Of a stretch of DNA of 64,000 nt, positions 52,473-64,000 are shown piece after piece. How positions within the stretch are numbered: position 1 is the first letter of the stretch; each line of letters begins with the position of its first letter. Source of the DNA: Raillietiella orientalis (lineage: Eukaryota). The position numbers and the translations under genes are program-made. The stretch is taken from contig JAYWIR010000001.1 in NCBI GenBank assembly GCA_036172245.1, forward strand, positions 6,200,001 to 6,264,000, given 5' to 3'. The notes under the pieces were generated by a model. It saw only the letters and a list, made by a program, of their open reading frames with translations, did no database searches and was not told the origin of the DNA.

Positions 52473-53190
52473 TTTTTTTTTTTTTTTCCAATGGCTGGCC
52501 AACTGTGCACCTTTGGTTTGCCAAATGCTGAAGAACCGTTCACCTGAGGCCAGGGCTCACGAGACTCTTAACACCGCGCCACCCGAGGGTGCGTGTTAAC
52601 TTTTCATGCTAGAGGGTACCCCATGAATCCAGAACGACTCTGGAAGAAGGAGTCCGTTTTTCTCACGCTTGGGAGGAAACCCCGAGAAAGGGGGATAATC
52701 CCCTCTATCCTCCCCGGAGGGATTCCACAGAGGGAGCCACTCCTCGTTTCTTCTCCGGAGGGAACCCGGAAGGGATCCGCTCCGTTTCCTCCTCTGAAGA
52801 GAACCTCGAAGGAAGCAGCGCGCTTCTGACACTCTGGAGGCAACCCCCAAAAAGAATATCAACCGGTTTTATGCCATGCGAATGAAAAGACCCATTTTCA
52901 CAGCCGAAGGGGAACCACGAAGGGCTGTCTGGAAGGTCCCGGAGGGTTTCGCTTCCAATCCCAGCCAGTCAACGGGTTATCCGCTATCAGTGCCGCACTC
53001 TAATAGAGACTAATCAGCATCATCTTGCTGGGGGGACTACGAAATTCACGACGCACCCTCCCCCCTATTCCTCGCCGTCGATCCTCCTCCCGGGCGGGAT
53101 TCGAACCAGAGACGCTTGGATGCTACCCGCGGGGACCGCTTCCGAGTAACCGCCAATGAAGGCCGTGTGGCTAGGCTATTGGGCACCTCT
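52473..53190 (-). mobile_element. Putative tRNA-headed SINE-like element with hairpin-rich body and A15 tail
   Basis: On -: A-box-like TAGCCTAGCC (53178-53169), exact B box GGTTCGAATCCC (53107-53096), about 500 nt of stacked short stems, then A15 (T-run 52473-52487 on +). Confidence 0.5.
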
Positions 53191-54349
53191 TCTCTCACGT
53201 GGCATTTTGCCTGTGGTGCGAGTTGCCACGGCGTCCCCCTGCCCTCCCCCCAAAAACTCAGCTCGACCCGGACTTTCACTGGGACAGCCCGAGAGTAGTC
53301 GCTCGTCGCCTGGTGGGAAGCGGCTTCTCAGTTGTAACCCGGGAAACTGGGAGGCAGCTTCCCGAACGGCAGCACCGCGAAAACGGAGGTAGGGAAAGTG
53401 AGCGGGAAGCGAAACGAGGAACAGATCCAGACTCCGTGGATTCAGACTTGGGCGAGCCCGGTGCACGCCATCCCATCACCTGCAACATGGGAATAGCAGT
53501 TGGGCGAGCCCGGGACGACGGGAGAGGGGGAATCAAGTGCCCCATACACAAAAGCAGAACAGCAGTGGGGGCTGCCCCGCCTTCCACAGCGGATGTCTCA
53601 GATAAATTCGAGCAAACAAAGCTGGGACTCGGTGCTCAGGCAGCGGTCACTGCTTGGGAGTGTGACGCCGACTTGCGTGCTCTGAAGAGGAAGGCCTGGT
53701 CGCGCAGCGGCGCCGGTAACGAAAAAAGGGGGGATTCGCTCCTTCTCTGCTGCAGCATCCGAAAAACGAGGAGATCGTGGGAGCGGGAAGATGCGAGCGG
53801 ATACGCACTTCGGGTCCGCTGTCTGGAACGCTGCGGCGTCGCGGAACGGCGCTCGGTGCGTGACGCTTGCCAAGGGAGTGTCGACGGGTCACGTGAGAGC
53901 ACCTGGGGGCTCCGCGGCACAATTTCGTTCCAGCCGGAAGTCCCGCCGTATACCTGTCAAGGTGATCGCCAGCTCCCCCCGCCTACTGATAAACCGACAC
54001 GACGCGAGCGAGGCCCGAGCTCACTCGAGCAGAGAGCGGCTGAAAGGAATCGCAAAGACTTCTTCGCGGCGGGCAGGCGGTGCCGCTTTGCCGAACGTCC
54101 GCGAAGGTCACTTCCGAGCAGCGCCGCTGCCGGGGACTGGCGCAGCGAAAGGAAACTCAGGAAGCCCTAGGAATGCAGGCAATGTGAACGTTCTTTTGGT
54201 TGGAAGAAAACGTGCATGCAGTCGGGATGGGTGAACGAAGAAAACAATGCGGCGGCAAGAAGAAAAAAAAAAACACTTTCCAAAATTCCTTTTCGGTCGC
54301 TGAATTATTCACGAAGATTCCTTGGCTCCGGTGCTCCTACGTGGCGTGC

Positions 54350-57300
54350 TTCTAAAATCGAGGTTGAATTCGCCAACGAATCATTCCGACTGACTGAACC
54401 GATCCACTGCTCAACTCTTCCGAAGCTTCCGTGTGCTTGATGACCGCAATTCGTAGGACGGTGCAAGAAACTACAGGTCTGAAGCAGGAGGTTTTAGGAA
54501 CGCCGAAAACTCTGCTTCCCAACGCGGCAGTCTTCAAGCCTTCACAAATGTGGCAACAGAACTTATGCTGTTGACGAGAACCTTGTAGGTGCTTGAAAAG
54601 GTTTTTCCCGGGAGCACGTGGAACCGACAACGCAACTACCAATCTGCAAAGTTTAGGATCAGTTTGAATCGCAAGGCTCATGGCGCTTTTTTCCATAAAA
54701 GGAGAAAAGAACTTGCTGCAATGCCTTGAACTCGAGAGCCTCACCTTCAAGAACGCAGGTGTTCAATTGTCTCGTCAATCCCTCCTTGTTTCACTTAATG
54801 TATTGAGTGATTTCCTATTCTTCCCATAAATTGAAGTGTCCTCCACACCAGTTAGCCCTCCGACAAAGTAAATGCGTGCACGTGATCCCCTGGTGTCCTT
54901 ATGGAGCCTGCGGGGAATCCTAGCAACTCTTCACGTAGCGGCTCCTTAGTGTACACGGAAGAATCATAACAAGCGCGAGTCAGCTTCGGAAACGTTGCTG
55001 CTGCTTCAAGATACATTACGGGATCAGCTTTCCCGATGCTTGAGGCTATCTGGAAGCAACCATCCCTGGTGATTCCAATCGAGGGAAACTTGGGAGGAAG
55101 AGCAAGTTCAAACAGCAAAACGGTGCTTCCGTAGGATCGGTAATTTGTAAGTGCCTAAGAGAGCTCCCCCCTCGTGCTTTTCTCACGGAAAAATCATATG
55201 GCGGCGGCGAATCTGACGAAAGCCGCGAACATGTCGGAATTTTCTTCCTGCAAGCATCGCACCCGAATTTTTTTTTTTTTTTTTTCTTTTTTGCATCACG
55301 TAATCTCGTTGGAGCGGGACGAAAACCTTTCGAAGATGAAGAAGAAGAAGAAGGAACCGTCAGAAGCGTTCTACATAGTCGACCGACAGCTGAAGAGCGG
55401 GAACCCCATACCAGAACAAGTTATCTTCGTTAATTGCTAAGTAATTGGTTGGATTGGATCCTCGAGACATGAAAGTCACGCACTTGGAAGGATTAGACGG
55501 TACCAAAAAGATTTGATTTGCATTTTTTTTTTTTCCTCCCACTGCAAAATCGAAGAGCGTGCGGTATTACGAAAATGTTACAAAAGACGTGTTAAAGAAG
55601 AACGTTAAGAACAGACAGCAAAATGAAGGTCATCACGTTCTGGATTCTATTTATTTCATATCTAATTTAACGTTCAAGAGTGAAATTAGATTGTGATTCC
55701 AAATTCGGGCATAAAATGCAATCGGAAGCTTAAACTGTTCGGCTCCTCTGGGTTTTTTTTTTTTTTTTTTTTCCGTGAATCCATCTTTGAAAAGCATATC
55801 GGGAAATTTCCATTGCTGATGAGTTCGTTCCTAGGAACTCGAGTTCGGAAACTGACCGTTTTTTGGCTCAGATGCACTTTGGATTTTCGATAATTTTCGA
55901 AAGAGTTCTTTTCTTCCCTAGTTGGAGAGTTCCATAATATGCAACCCATCTACATCTAAGCATAATGTTATTTGATTTTTTTTTTTAAATATAAGTTTGT
56001 GGATACATAGCAAAAAGTTTTCTCATTCATTTCCATGCAAGCCACCTTCTAGGAACAATGGTAACACTGACCGATCGTTTTATATTCCAGTTTTATGAGT
56101 CCACGCATGAGCTTTATAAGCCAATAACTCATCCACTAGGAAGATGACAACCAAATTATCATTAAAAGCGGAGGAACAGACGTGGTAAACAAACGGTGGG
56201 TTGAAAATCAAAACAAAAAAAAGATACAGAAAATGCATGCAGGAACAGACTGCCATAAAATCCGAATCGGATACTTCAAAAGTACCCAAAATTCAAGCTG
56301 CCTAAAAATAAGCAAAAGGTGTACTACGCGTATACAAAAGTTTCGCGTTTACGTGTGGTCACCCGAATAAAGCAACCACGTGCAGAATCCCACTCTCGAA
56401 TTCCAGCGAGCAATCCCAGAGAACGATACAAAGTTCACATCGCACGTAAGAACAAACTTCGATTTCTGCATTTCCGCATTCAGATTTATGAGGGAAACCG
56501 AAACGGGGAGCAGAAATCTTCAGCAATAAACACCGAACGGAAATCTTTCCGTTTCTTTTCCTGTTTTTCTTGAACTTCCACGAGCTGACGACCTAAACAA
56601 AAGACCATCTCTCAAAAACGCAGCACACAGATTCTTGCTGGTCAGAAATTCGTCAAGAAAAAGAAACAGACAGATGCAGTGGATTCGGATCAAAATCTTA
56701 CCGAGCTGTGAACGGGAAGCTTAAGTGTGGTCACAGAGACGTGGATCCAATCAATGTTTGTGCTGTGGTCCACGAGCCACGAACGCACCTCCTCGTCATC
56801 ATCTGTCAGTGCCATCACCTCTTTGGCAGAGGGACACTTGGAAATGTTTCGAACCGTTTTCAACTTGGAATCGATTTGCATTTCCATGGTGCAGCCATGG
56901 TCTCCCTCCACTCGGCTAAGCCTCGTGGACTTGCGAGACCATGCTGCTGGTGAATGTTCTTCACCAGTTTGTGATTGCTTCCTCCGACCAGGGGATTGGA
57001 TAGCTACGAAAAGGAGGGGGTCTGTGACAGCTGTAGGAAGTCTCCCGTCAACGGGAGAAGAAGAAACTTAGTCGGAAGTTTAGCGCTGTTGCTTCTGTTG
57101 CCCTCTCAGAGCTTCAGCTCGGAGAACCCGGGTGCCCCCTTCTGTGGGCAACGCTGAATGGAAGGATTCTTGCCAGTGTTCACGAACCGAAGAATAGGGA
57201 AGGAAGCACGAATGCTTGAAGAACCTCCGAGGCGAGGCATCCAAGCTCAAAGCAGAAAGCTGTGGATGACTGTGGTGGATTTTCACGCTTCGAGGGAACT

Positions 57301-60300
57301 CTCGAAACGTTTCTCTTTGCATCACGAGCCAAAGTGAAGGGCTGATCCACCAGAAAAATTCCCTGCCTGTTGGGGGGAATACGTCTGAGCACCGAAACCC
57401 TTCTTTGTGTCAAAACGGAAGAGATCATTCGATGACTCATGTCACAAAGAATACGACTGTTACAAGAGGAAAAGCCTGCTTCAGAGACTGGAGATTTTTT
57501 TCTTTTCTTGAAGGTAGGGGAGTAGCAGGAGATTCAAGGTCTTGGTGGAAAATCAACAAGCAGAGACATCGGGGATCGTGAGAACGTCTGCATGTCATCC
57601 CAATTCCGAATAGAAAGAGCTTTGGTAACTTTAACCGTTGTACGGCAAGGACCTTGCATGGAATCACGTTGCTTCACACCTTCCCTCCCCAAGAAACCAT
57701 CGACTTTCGCCTCTGTCTTCAGCCTCAACTTTCCTCGGATGACTGGATCGGCCTTCATGGGTTGTAAGACGATGTGACAGCCATTTCCCCAACACCACGC
57801 GGCTTCATGGCATCGCAGTCCATGGTTCCGTGTCGCGCCTCCTGTCAGACGAACAGGACGCCGGAAACAGCCAGGCAAATTTCGCACGGCTGAATACCCT
57901 CAAATCCACGTCTTGAGATCTTTGATGAAGCTGGGGCGAAGAAGTTAAGGCGACGGCCGCCGATAGTCAGCAGCGAAAAGCGCTCCAGTGATGTCAGATT
58001 CCGTCCGGTGAGTTCCGGGCATGGTCGCCAGCTGAACAGAGGAAGTTGGTTGCGAAGAGAAGAGAAGTTGGTTCCGATGTGGCGGAAGTTTTCACCGAGA
58101 AGAACCGCCAGATGAAGGTTGACTGCCACCTGCAAAAAGGAACCAGTGAAGAAGAAAAGCAAGTCCCCGCAATAAGGCCTTCTCGTATGTTAACGGCAGA
58201 ATAGCTGCGAACTGCCAAAGAATTTTTAACCTACTGAGGAGGCGATAGAAGTGCCTTTGCCAAGCATAAACCGAACAAAGAATGCAGTTATAAACTTGAT
58301 AGGGAAACCGATGATGACTCAGGGAGACTTGACCGAAAGCGAAAAAGAGCTGTAATGCCGTCTTTGGATCAATTTTCAAAAAAAAAAAGAAAAAAAAAAG
58401 AGAGAGAGAGAGAAACCAAAAGACAGATTGGAAGTTGCCCCAATTTGTTTCCCAGCTCGGTCCTTGTAGGCATGTATCGTGCGTCCAACTCAATTCATAA
58501 CGCCTCTCCTTTTTCATGGAAGAAGATTCCAGAGAAGTAAGCTCCTATTTACGCTTTAATCCTCATTCCGAAAAAGCACTTACCTCGTCGGGAGAGTAGC
58601 ATTCGCTCATCTCTCAAGTAACCTAAAAAGTATGCCTCACGCGTGAGCGCCGTCTGAAGAGCAACGGAACAGTCCAAAAGCATCTGAAAAGCGGCCGATT
58701 TCTGCTGTTAGAATACACCGCGGCCTGAATACTCAAGGGGCTCTGTTCCCCTGCTGGCGTCGCAGAACTGCATTCCTTGGATGCTTTGCGAGCATTCGTT
58801 GCCTCCGCGTAACTTTCCTTCTTATCCTCAAACTCGGGGTGCCACAGGGTTCTTTCACATTTTCATGCCCAGCGCGAGTCCTCAGCTGAGGCAAGAAGAA
58901 CAAATCAGATGATCAGAACCAGAACTGCTAACAAAGCGAGGCGATGGGACCTCAAGCCGAAGTTAAGGCTATCCCGCATGGACTTGCTGAAGTCTTGCAA
59001 GCACCAAAATGTCGGCATCCTCGCAGAGCAATCTCCAAATGAGCGCCCGAAGAAGAAGGCTGAAACAGGCTCTTTACGCTATCATTATCCGCAGGTATTC
59101 CTGGAGCGCTCTTGGCAATGTGCGTGCACTCATCAAACTTCAATGATCTTTCGCCCTGCATAATGACTCGTGGTCCATAAGAAAATTTCGAAGAGGAAAG
59201 AACTTTGTTCGGGAGAGCGAATCACGCGACCAGGTCGGGATGCTCATCCTGCTTTGGAAACTATCCGGAAAGACGTGTGGCAGCAGTATTTTGAGACTTT
59301 CGCATAACGGTCGGATCAGAAGATTGAGATAATGAGCTCTCATCCTACAAATCAAACCAATCGGGGACAGAGGCGCGACCATGTAGCAGGAAGCGCCATG
59401 CCACTCGAAAAAAGGATTCCAACTCTTTCTTTCAAACTTATGTATCGCACGTGGCGGCTCTGGAGTTCCACAAGAAAAAAAGAAAAAACACACACACAAT
59501 GAAATTCTGCATGCCCTCGTGGACCGATTCATAAGTCGAGAAGAAGCGAGGAAAAAATCCAGAAATCTTCCGGCTGTTGAAAACAGAAGAAGAAAAAAAA
59601 AAGAACGGGCAGCGGGAACGCGAAAAGTGCAGAGCTGGTCCTGGTCCGAAGCTGGTCCATCCCGGAAGTATTGATGTGGCAATTCGGAGCAGAACGCACA
59701 GGGTCCGAAGTAGAGGGCACCAAGCAGTCTGTGAAAACACCTCTTCATCGGAGTTCCGCTTGGAGTCCCATGCTGCGTCCTAGAGATGACATGAAAATGG
59801 ATCCGCAACACTGCAACCGGACGGACAAAGGGCATCCCCATAGTATTTAAGAAATACGCCGGCATTTGCGGCGATGCGCAGTGACGGATCAGTTAAGAGG
59901 ATCCAGCCAACCCGAGTGATGGCTGCACTTGAAACGGGGCGTCTGCAATACCATTGCATAATCACTGAGAGTTTGAAACCACTAAAGGCGATTCCTCAAG
60001 AGAAATGGCGCACCGTCAGCGGCCGCGAAAAACTTGCAGCTGCTGTACTGAGCTGCAGTACGTCGATGCCGCTGAAATCGTAGGTCACGAGCCTGGAGTG
60101 ACCGACCCTCTTGGAGGAACCTCGCGGAGCCGACTACTGGAAATTACGTCTCATGCAAGCCTTTAAAAATTCCTGCATCCACGAAATGCTGAGCGATAAG
60201 AAGACTGTTAGAGACAATTTCGTCTCGGTAATCAGTGGGTAAGGATGAGTTTGAACGGGCCAAACCAGCTTTCAGGCGGACGGAGGACCTCCCTCTTTGC
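54350..60300 (-). mobile_element. Decayed and interrupted reverse transcriptase and upstream region, probably of the same non-LTR element as 51200-52400
   Basis: SWRP (~58030), ISRRGF.G..PC, and GVKQRDSM (~57670) in RT domain order on -, upstream of the endonuclease relic on the same strand; interrupted by non-coding sequence at ~55120-56680. Outer limits approximate. Confidence 0.6.
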
Positions 60301-60439
60301 CTTCTTCCCACAAGAATGGCCCGAGGACATCCTCACTTTGTGGTGACCCTAGGCCATTAGGTAGATGAGCTCTTCGTTTCTAGTTTTTCTGCATTCAACG
60401 GTCTCGGTCAAGGGTTTGGTTGAAAATCCCGAAAGATCA

Positions 60440-61210
60440 TGAAAACAATAAATGTATACGCTTATTACATATATCAGTATACATATTTCTGCATAAAGTA
60501 ACATTCAAATTTAGTTTCACACATATTTACTAACATATACATCATTAATGGAATCAAAAACATGCATTACTATATTAATATATATTAATGATCATGAAAA
60601 TGCACACGTTTATTATCCATATTAATATACACATTCCTATATAGATTAACGTGCAAATTTATTTTAGCACATTTACTTATATTTATCAACATGCATATTA
60701 TCAATATTATCAAAAACATGCATCAATATATTATTAGTATATTGATGGATTTTAGAAAAAAAATTAAAATATATGAAATGAATACATAAAGATCGAATTT
60801 CAAAAAAAAAACAATTGTGACAATTAAAAATAAGGGCAAAAAATAAAAAGGCAAACAAATAGGAAAAAGAAACGTTTTATTTTTTTTTCCTGTCGTTTCC
60901 AACACAACAAATGGAACTTTCTCAGGAAATGACGAAGTTTCAGGAGTTTGATCGTTTGATAACTGTATACACTTATAACCCCATATTTATGTATTCATTA
61001 TATATATACATATATATATGAAATTATAAATATGTATATATATATGATGAACACAGGTATTGTTGATAATCTTTATGACATGTATTAATATTATATGCTA
61101 ATGTATATTAGTAATTATATTAAAACATGCATGTTGAATTGAATTTGTATATTAATCTCTATGTGAATATATATTAATATATCCAGCAAACATATATATA
61201 TTTATTTTTT
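60440..61210. repeat. Very AT-rich low-complexity tract with (TA)n-like runs
   Basis: Repeated ATATAT/TATATA runs with sharp boundaries against GC-richer retroelement-derived flanks. Confidence 0.7.
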
Positions 61211-62699
61211 ATGCTCTTTCGGGATTCTGACAGGCGCCGCCTCGATAGGAAGAGCACTAGCACGGATACCCAGGCAGCTCCCCCCCCCCCCACTCTGGAA
61301 GGTTTGCCCATGACCTTCTGATTGCAGTACCGCCGGAACCCAAAATGAAAACGTCTGCCTCTAATGGCCCATTTCGGGAACATTAGTGGAGAGAACCAAC
61401 CGCGGTCCGATTACGTCGCCATTTCCAAAATTCGCAACTTCCTAGAGGACGGAAGCGGCGGTCCATTCCTTGATCCGCAACGAAAATAAAATGGCAGAAA
61501 TCGCACAAGTCCGTGGATGCATTTGGCCACGCGTACCGTCCACTTGGATCGCCACCAAAGATGCAAGCTTCTGCTGATGCTTCCGGTGGAAAGGAAATCC
61601 CAACGAGGCTTCCTGGTTTTTCACTCGGTTTTGCCGGGGCACTTTGGGGCTTTGTGGTAAGATTACCCATACGTGCCTCTTATGCAAGCCGGGCTTTGTT
61701 TGAGGTGTCAGGGATACCAAGATGCTCTCCGTCTGTCATGTACAAATTAAAAACCCCAAGTCACAGTCACAATAATAATTGCTATATAATTGATTCCCAA
61801 GAATATATGTTTACAGCTCGCACTATATCATATATTTATCGACATTCTATGCGTTTATAATATTCATAATGAAATGATATCTGAATTCTTTTGCCTGTAT
61901 GTAATACATAACGCATAGACTGTGATGTAAGTACATGCAGGATTCATATATATGACTGTTTAAAAGCAAAGTATGAACCAATTTGAACATGTGAGCATTT
62001 GAACTGTTAAAGAATTCATTAACTGCATGAGGTATTCCTAGCACTCTGCTCCAAAGCAAGGTCCTAAGCCATGCAAACCCATTATGCCACAAGACCTCCG
62101 AATCGAAGAGATGCAAAAAGAAAACTCCAGAATCCTCATTGCCGTCAACACTGCCGGAGAACTAATCAAAGGGGTGTACGTGTAACCCATGACGAGACCT
62201 ATAGAAAGGACAGGAGTATTTCACGAAGGTTGCTCTGCACAACATCGCATGGCGAGTTTGCAGATACAGAATGTGGCCGAGTCTTATTATTCCTCTGTGA
62301 TCGAAGAACAATAAGGCAGTCCAAATGGTCTCAAATGTGATGAGAGGGGATGGAATACAGCAAAAAATGAATACAGTGAGAAATTCTTCCCAGGGACCGA
62401 ACGTGAAAATTGAAGCGTCATTCCAGAATGGTGCCACTGTGACCCACATCATGCTGTCGATGTTAACTTTAGCAGCGTGGTCATGTGTTTGTGAAATTGA
62501 ACGTCTTCCTTGCTTTCCAAACGTTTCCTTGCTCTCTCCACGGGCATTTCTCGGTTCCTCACCCAGGCAGGTGGAACAATTTTTCCGTCTCACTCTTATT
62601 TACATTGACGCTTGAATAAATTAAAATCATGGAAATTAGGGACAGCAAAAAAAATCCCCAGGAACCTCGCCATCTAACGTTTACTCAAGCACTTTTCTT

Positions 62700-64000
62700 T
62701 CTCGGTGTGGACAGGTAGTGCACGCACGCAATACGGAATTCGCCTCCTCCTTGACTCCCTTGGAGAGGTCGCATCACTGCTCACCTTCTGCTGTCGAATG
62801 GTATGCTGACTGACCCTCCGTGGAAAGGTTTAGAGTCTCCGCCTTGAAAAGGGATTGCGGTGTGTAGCTTTAACACAGGGCGAAGCCCGGAGGCAAAGGA
62901 GCTTTCTCCTCCAGGAGATCAAGGAGTCATCCAGAGATGATGTACAATACATGGTCTTCAGTTTCACGTCATTTCCCAGCAATCAGATCATTCTGGTCTT
63001 CATTTGTTCCAGAGACGCCAGGTGTTTTAGTCTGACGCTGCTGGCACGTCCTTTGCTGCATGTTCTTCTTGGCTTGATTACTGTGGAACGTTTTCGTGCT
63101 AAGGAGAATGGACCAACTTGTGCCACAACTTGAGATGGAAGCTCCATCCTCTAAGACTAAATAACGTAGCGCAAACACGGATTCATTTCGAGCTATTTTC
63201 AAGCTTTTGAAGTTCAACCGATACCGGACGTTTCCGCAGGGCTACCAGAGCGCTTCTTTTCGTACACAGCTGCGCAGTGGATGCGACGGTGTGACTTTTC
63301 AGTTTACTTGTACAAATGCTACTCTCGGTTGCGTTAGAGGACTCAGTTCGTGCGTGCGTTTTTCCTCTCTCTTTTCAAGAACCACGCATCATTAGGCATG
63401 GAGCTGCAATTCTTTCAGCTCGCTTCAGATTATCTCCGGACCCCTCCGCTTTTTTCCCTTTCAACACCTTGACGATTCCTTCCTTTTATCCTTCGTCGCT
63501 TCCTGATCAACTCCCGCCTCCGTTGGCTTGGCGTCAAATTGTGTCTACTGGAAATCTAATGCGACTTTGATTTGAAGGAATCCAGAAATCGCTGTTGCGC
63601 GGGTCGCCATTCCTTTTCCAAGAACTCTAAAAATTTGGCTTTACCCTGAAATTAGAAGCGACCTCCCTCCCTGCCATCTATCATCGCTGCCATACTCTGC
63701 AGTCTATAACGTAACTAATGAAAGCAAACTCCGACATATGATTTGAATTGACCGTTGTACGATCCGACCCCCAACTCATTCTGGACTCTTCACTCATTTT
63801 GCTGACAGTTTCCTCTTCCCGCATCCGGCCATGATTCCTCTGGTATCCTGGATCTGCAACGGAACAGGATGCAAGGCTGCGAGAAGCCCACGCGTCACAG
63901 GTGCCGTCTTTGTCTCAAAAGATGACACAGTCGGCTTTCCGTTTCCTTTGTTTTGACTTCTGCTTCCGGCCGAGAATGCGAATGCGGAGTAGCGCGTAAG
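62700..64000 (-). mobile_element. Decayed non-LTR reverse transcriptase fragment
   Basis: Minus-strand 'KTAPVTRGL', 'RWQGGRSLLI', 'KEWRP' and 'SSLDDSLI' follow the order K.APG.DG, W..G...LI.K, NWRP, Y.DD; frameshifted. Confidence 0.4.

Noticed and set aside
53090-53190. Functional tRNA gene
   Set aside because: B box present but I could not fold acceptor and anticodon stems; treated as a tRNA-derived head.
53199-54170. 323-aa + strand ORF
   Set aside because: No recognisable domain, composition typical of GC-rich non-coding DNA, and long ORFs in several frames.
1-64000. CRISPR arrays, prokaryotic operons, telomeric arrays, snRNA/SL genes, minor-class introns
   Set aside because: No repeat-spacer periodicity or recognisable motifs seen; all resolved introns are ordinary GT-AG.

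Overview
Eukaryotic (invertebrate) genomic DNA. Many 40-60 nt GT-AG introns and the gene and mitochondrial rRNA similarities suggest a nematode, but that is inference. Host genes resolved by hand-splicing: the 5' half of GCN2/EIF2AK4 (-, 1068-15219, running off the left edge, first exon not found), BBS5 (+), an intronless RING-CH/MARCH-like ORF abutting the BBS5 stop, DERA (-) and proteasome beta-4/PSMB4 (+). Between GCN2 and BBS5 (~20-32.3 kb) lies a patchwork of displaced DNA: a pseudogenised negative-sense RNA virus nucleoprotein-like gene (Qinviridae-like) ending in a poly(A) remnant, a GC-rich intron-containing internal piece of beta-H spectrin, a GC-rich piece of the GCN2 3' end sitting upstream of the GCN2 5' exons, a reverse-transcriptase relic and a rearranged mitochondrial rrnL fragment. 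The right ~17 kb is mostly decayed non-LTR retrotransposon sequence (restriction-like endonuclease clade), with a tRNA-headed hairpin-rich SINE-like insert and a perfect 23-bp palindrome. All family assignments come from recalled motifs, not database searches.
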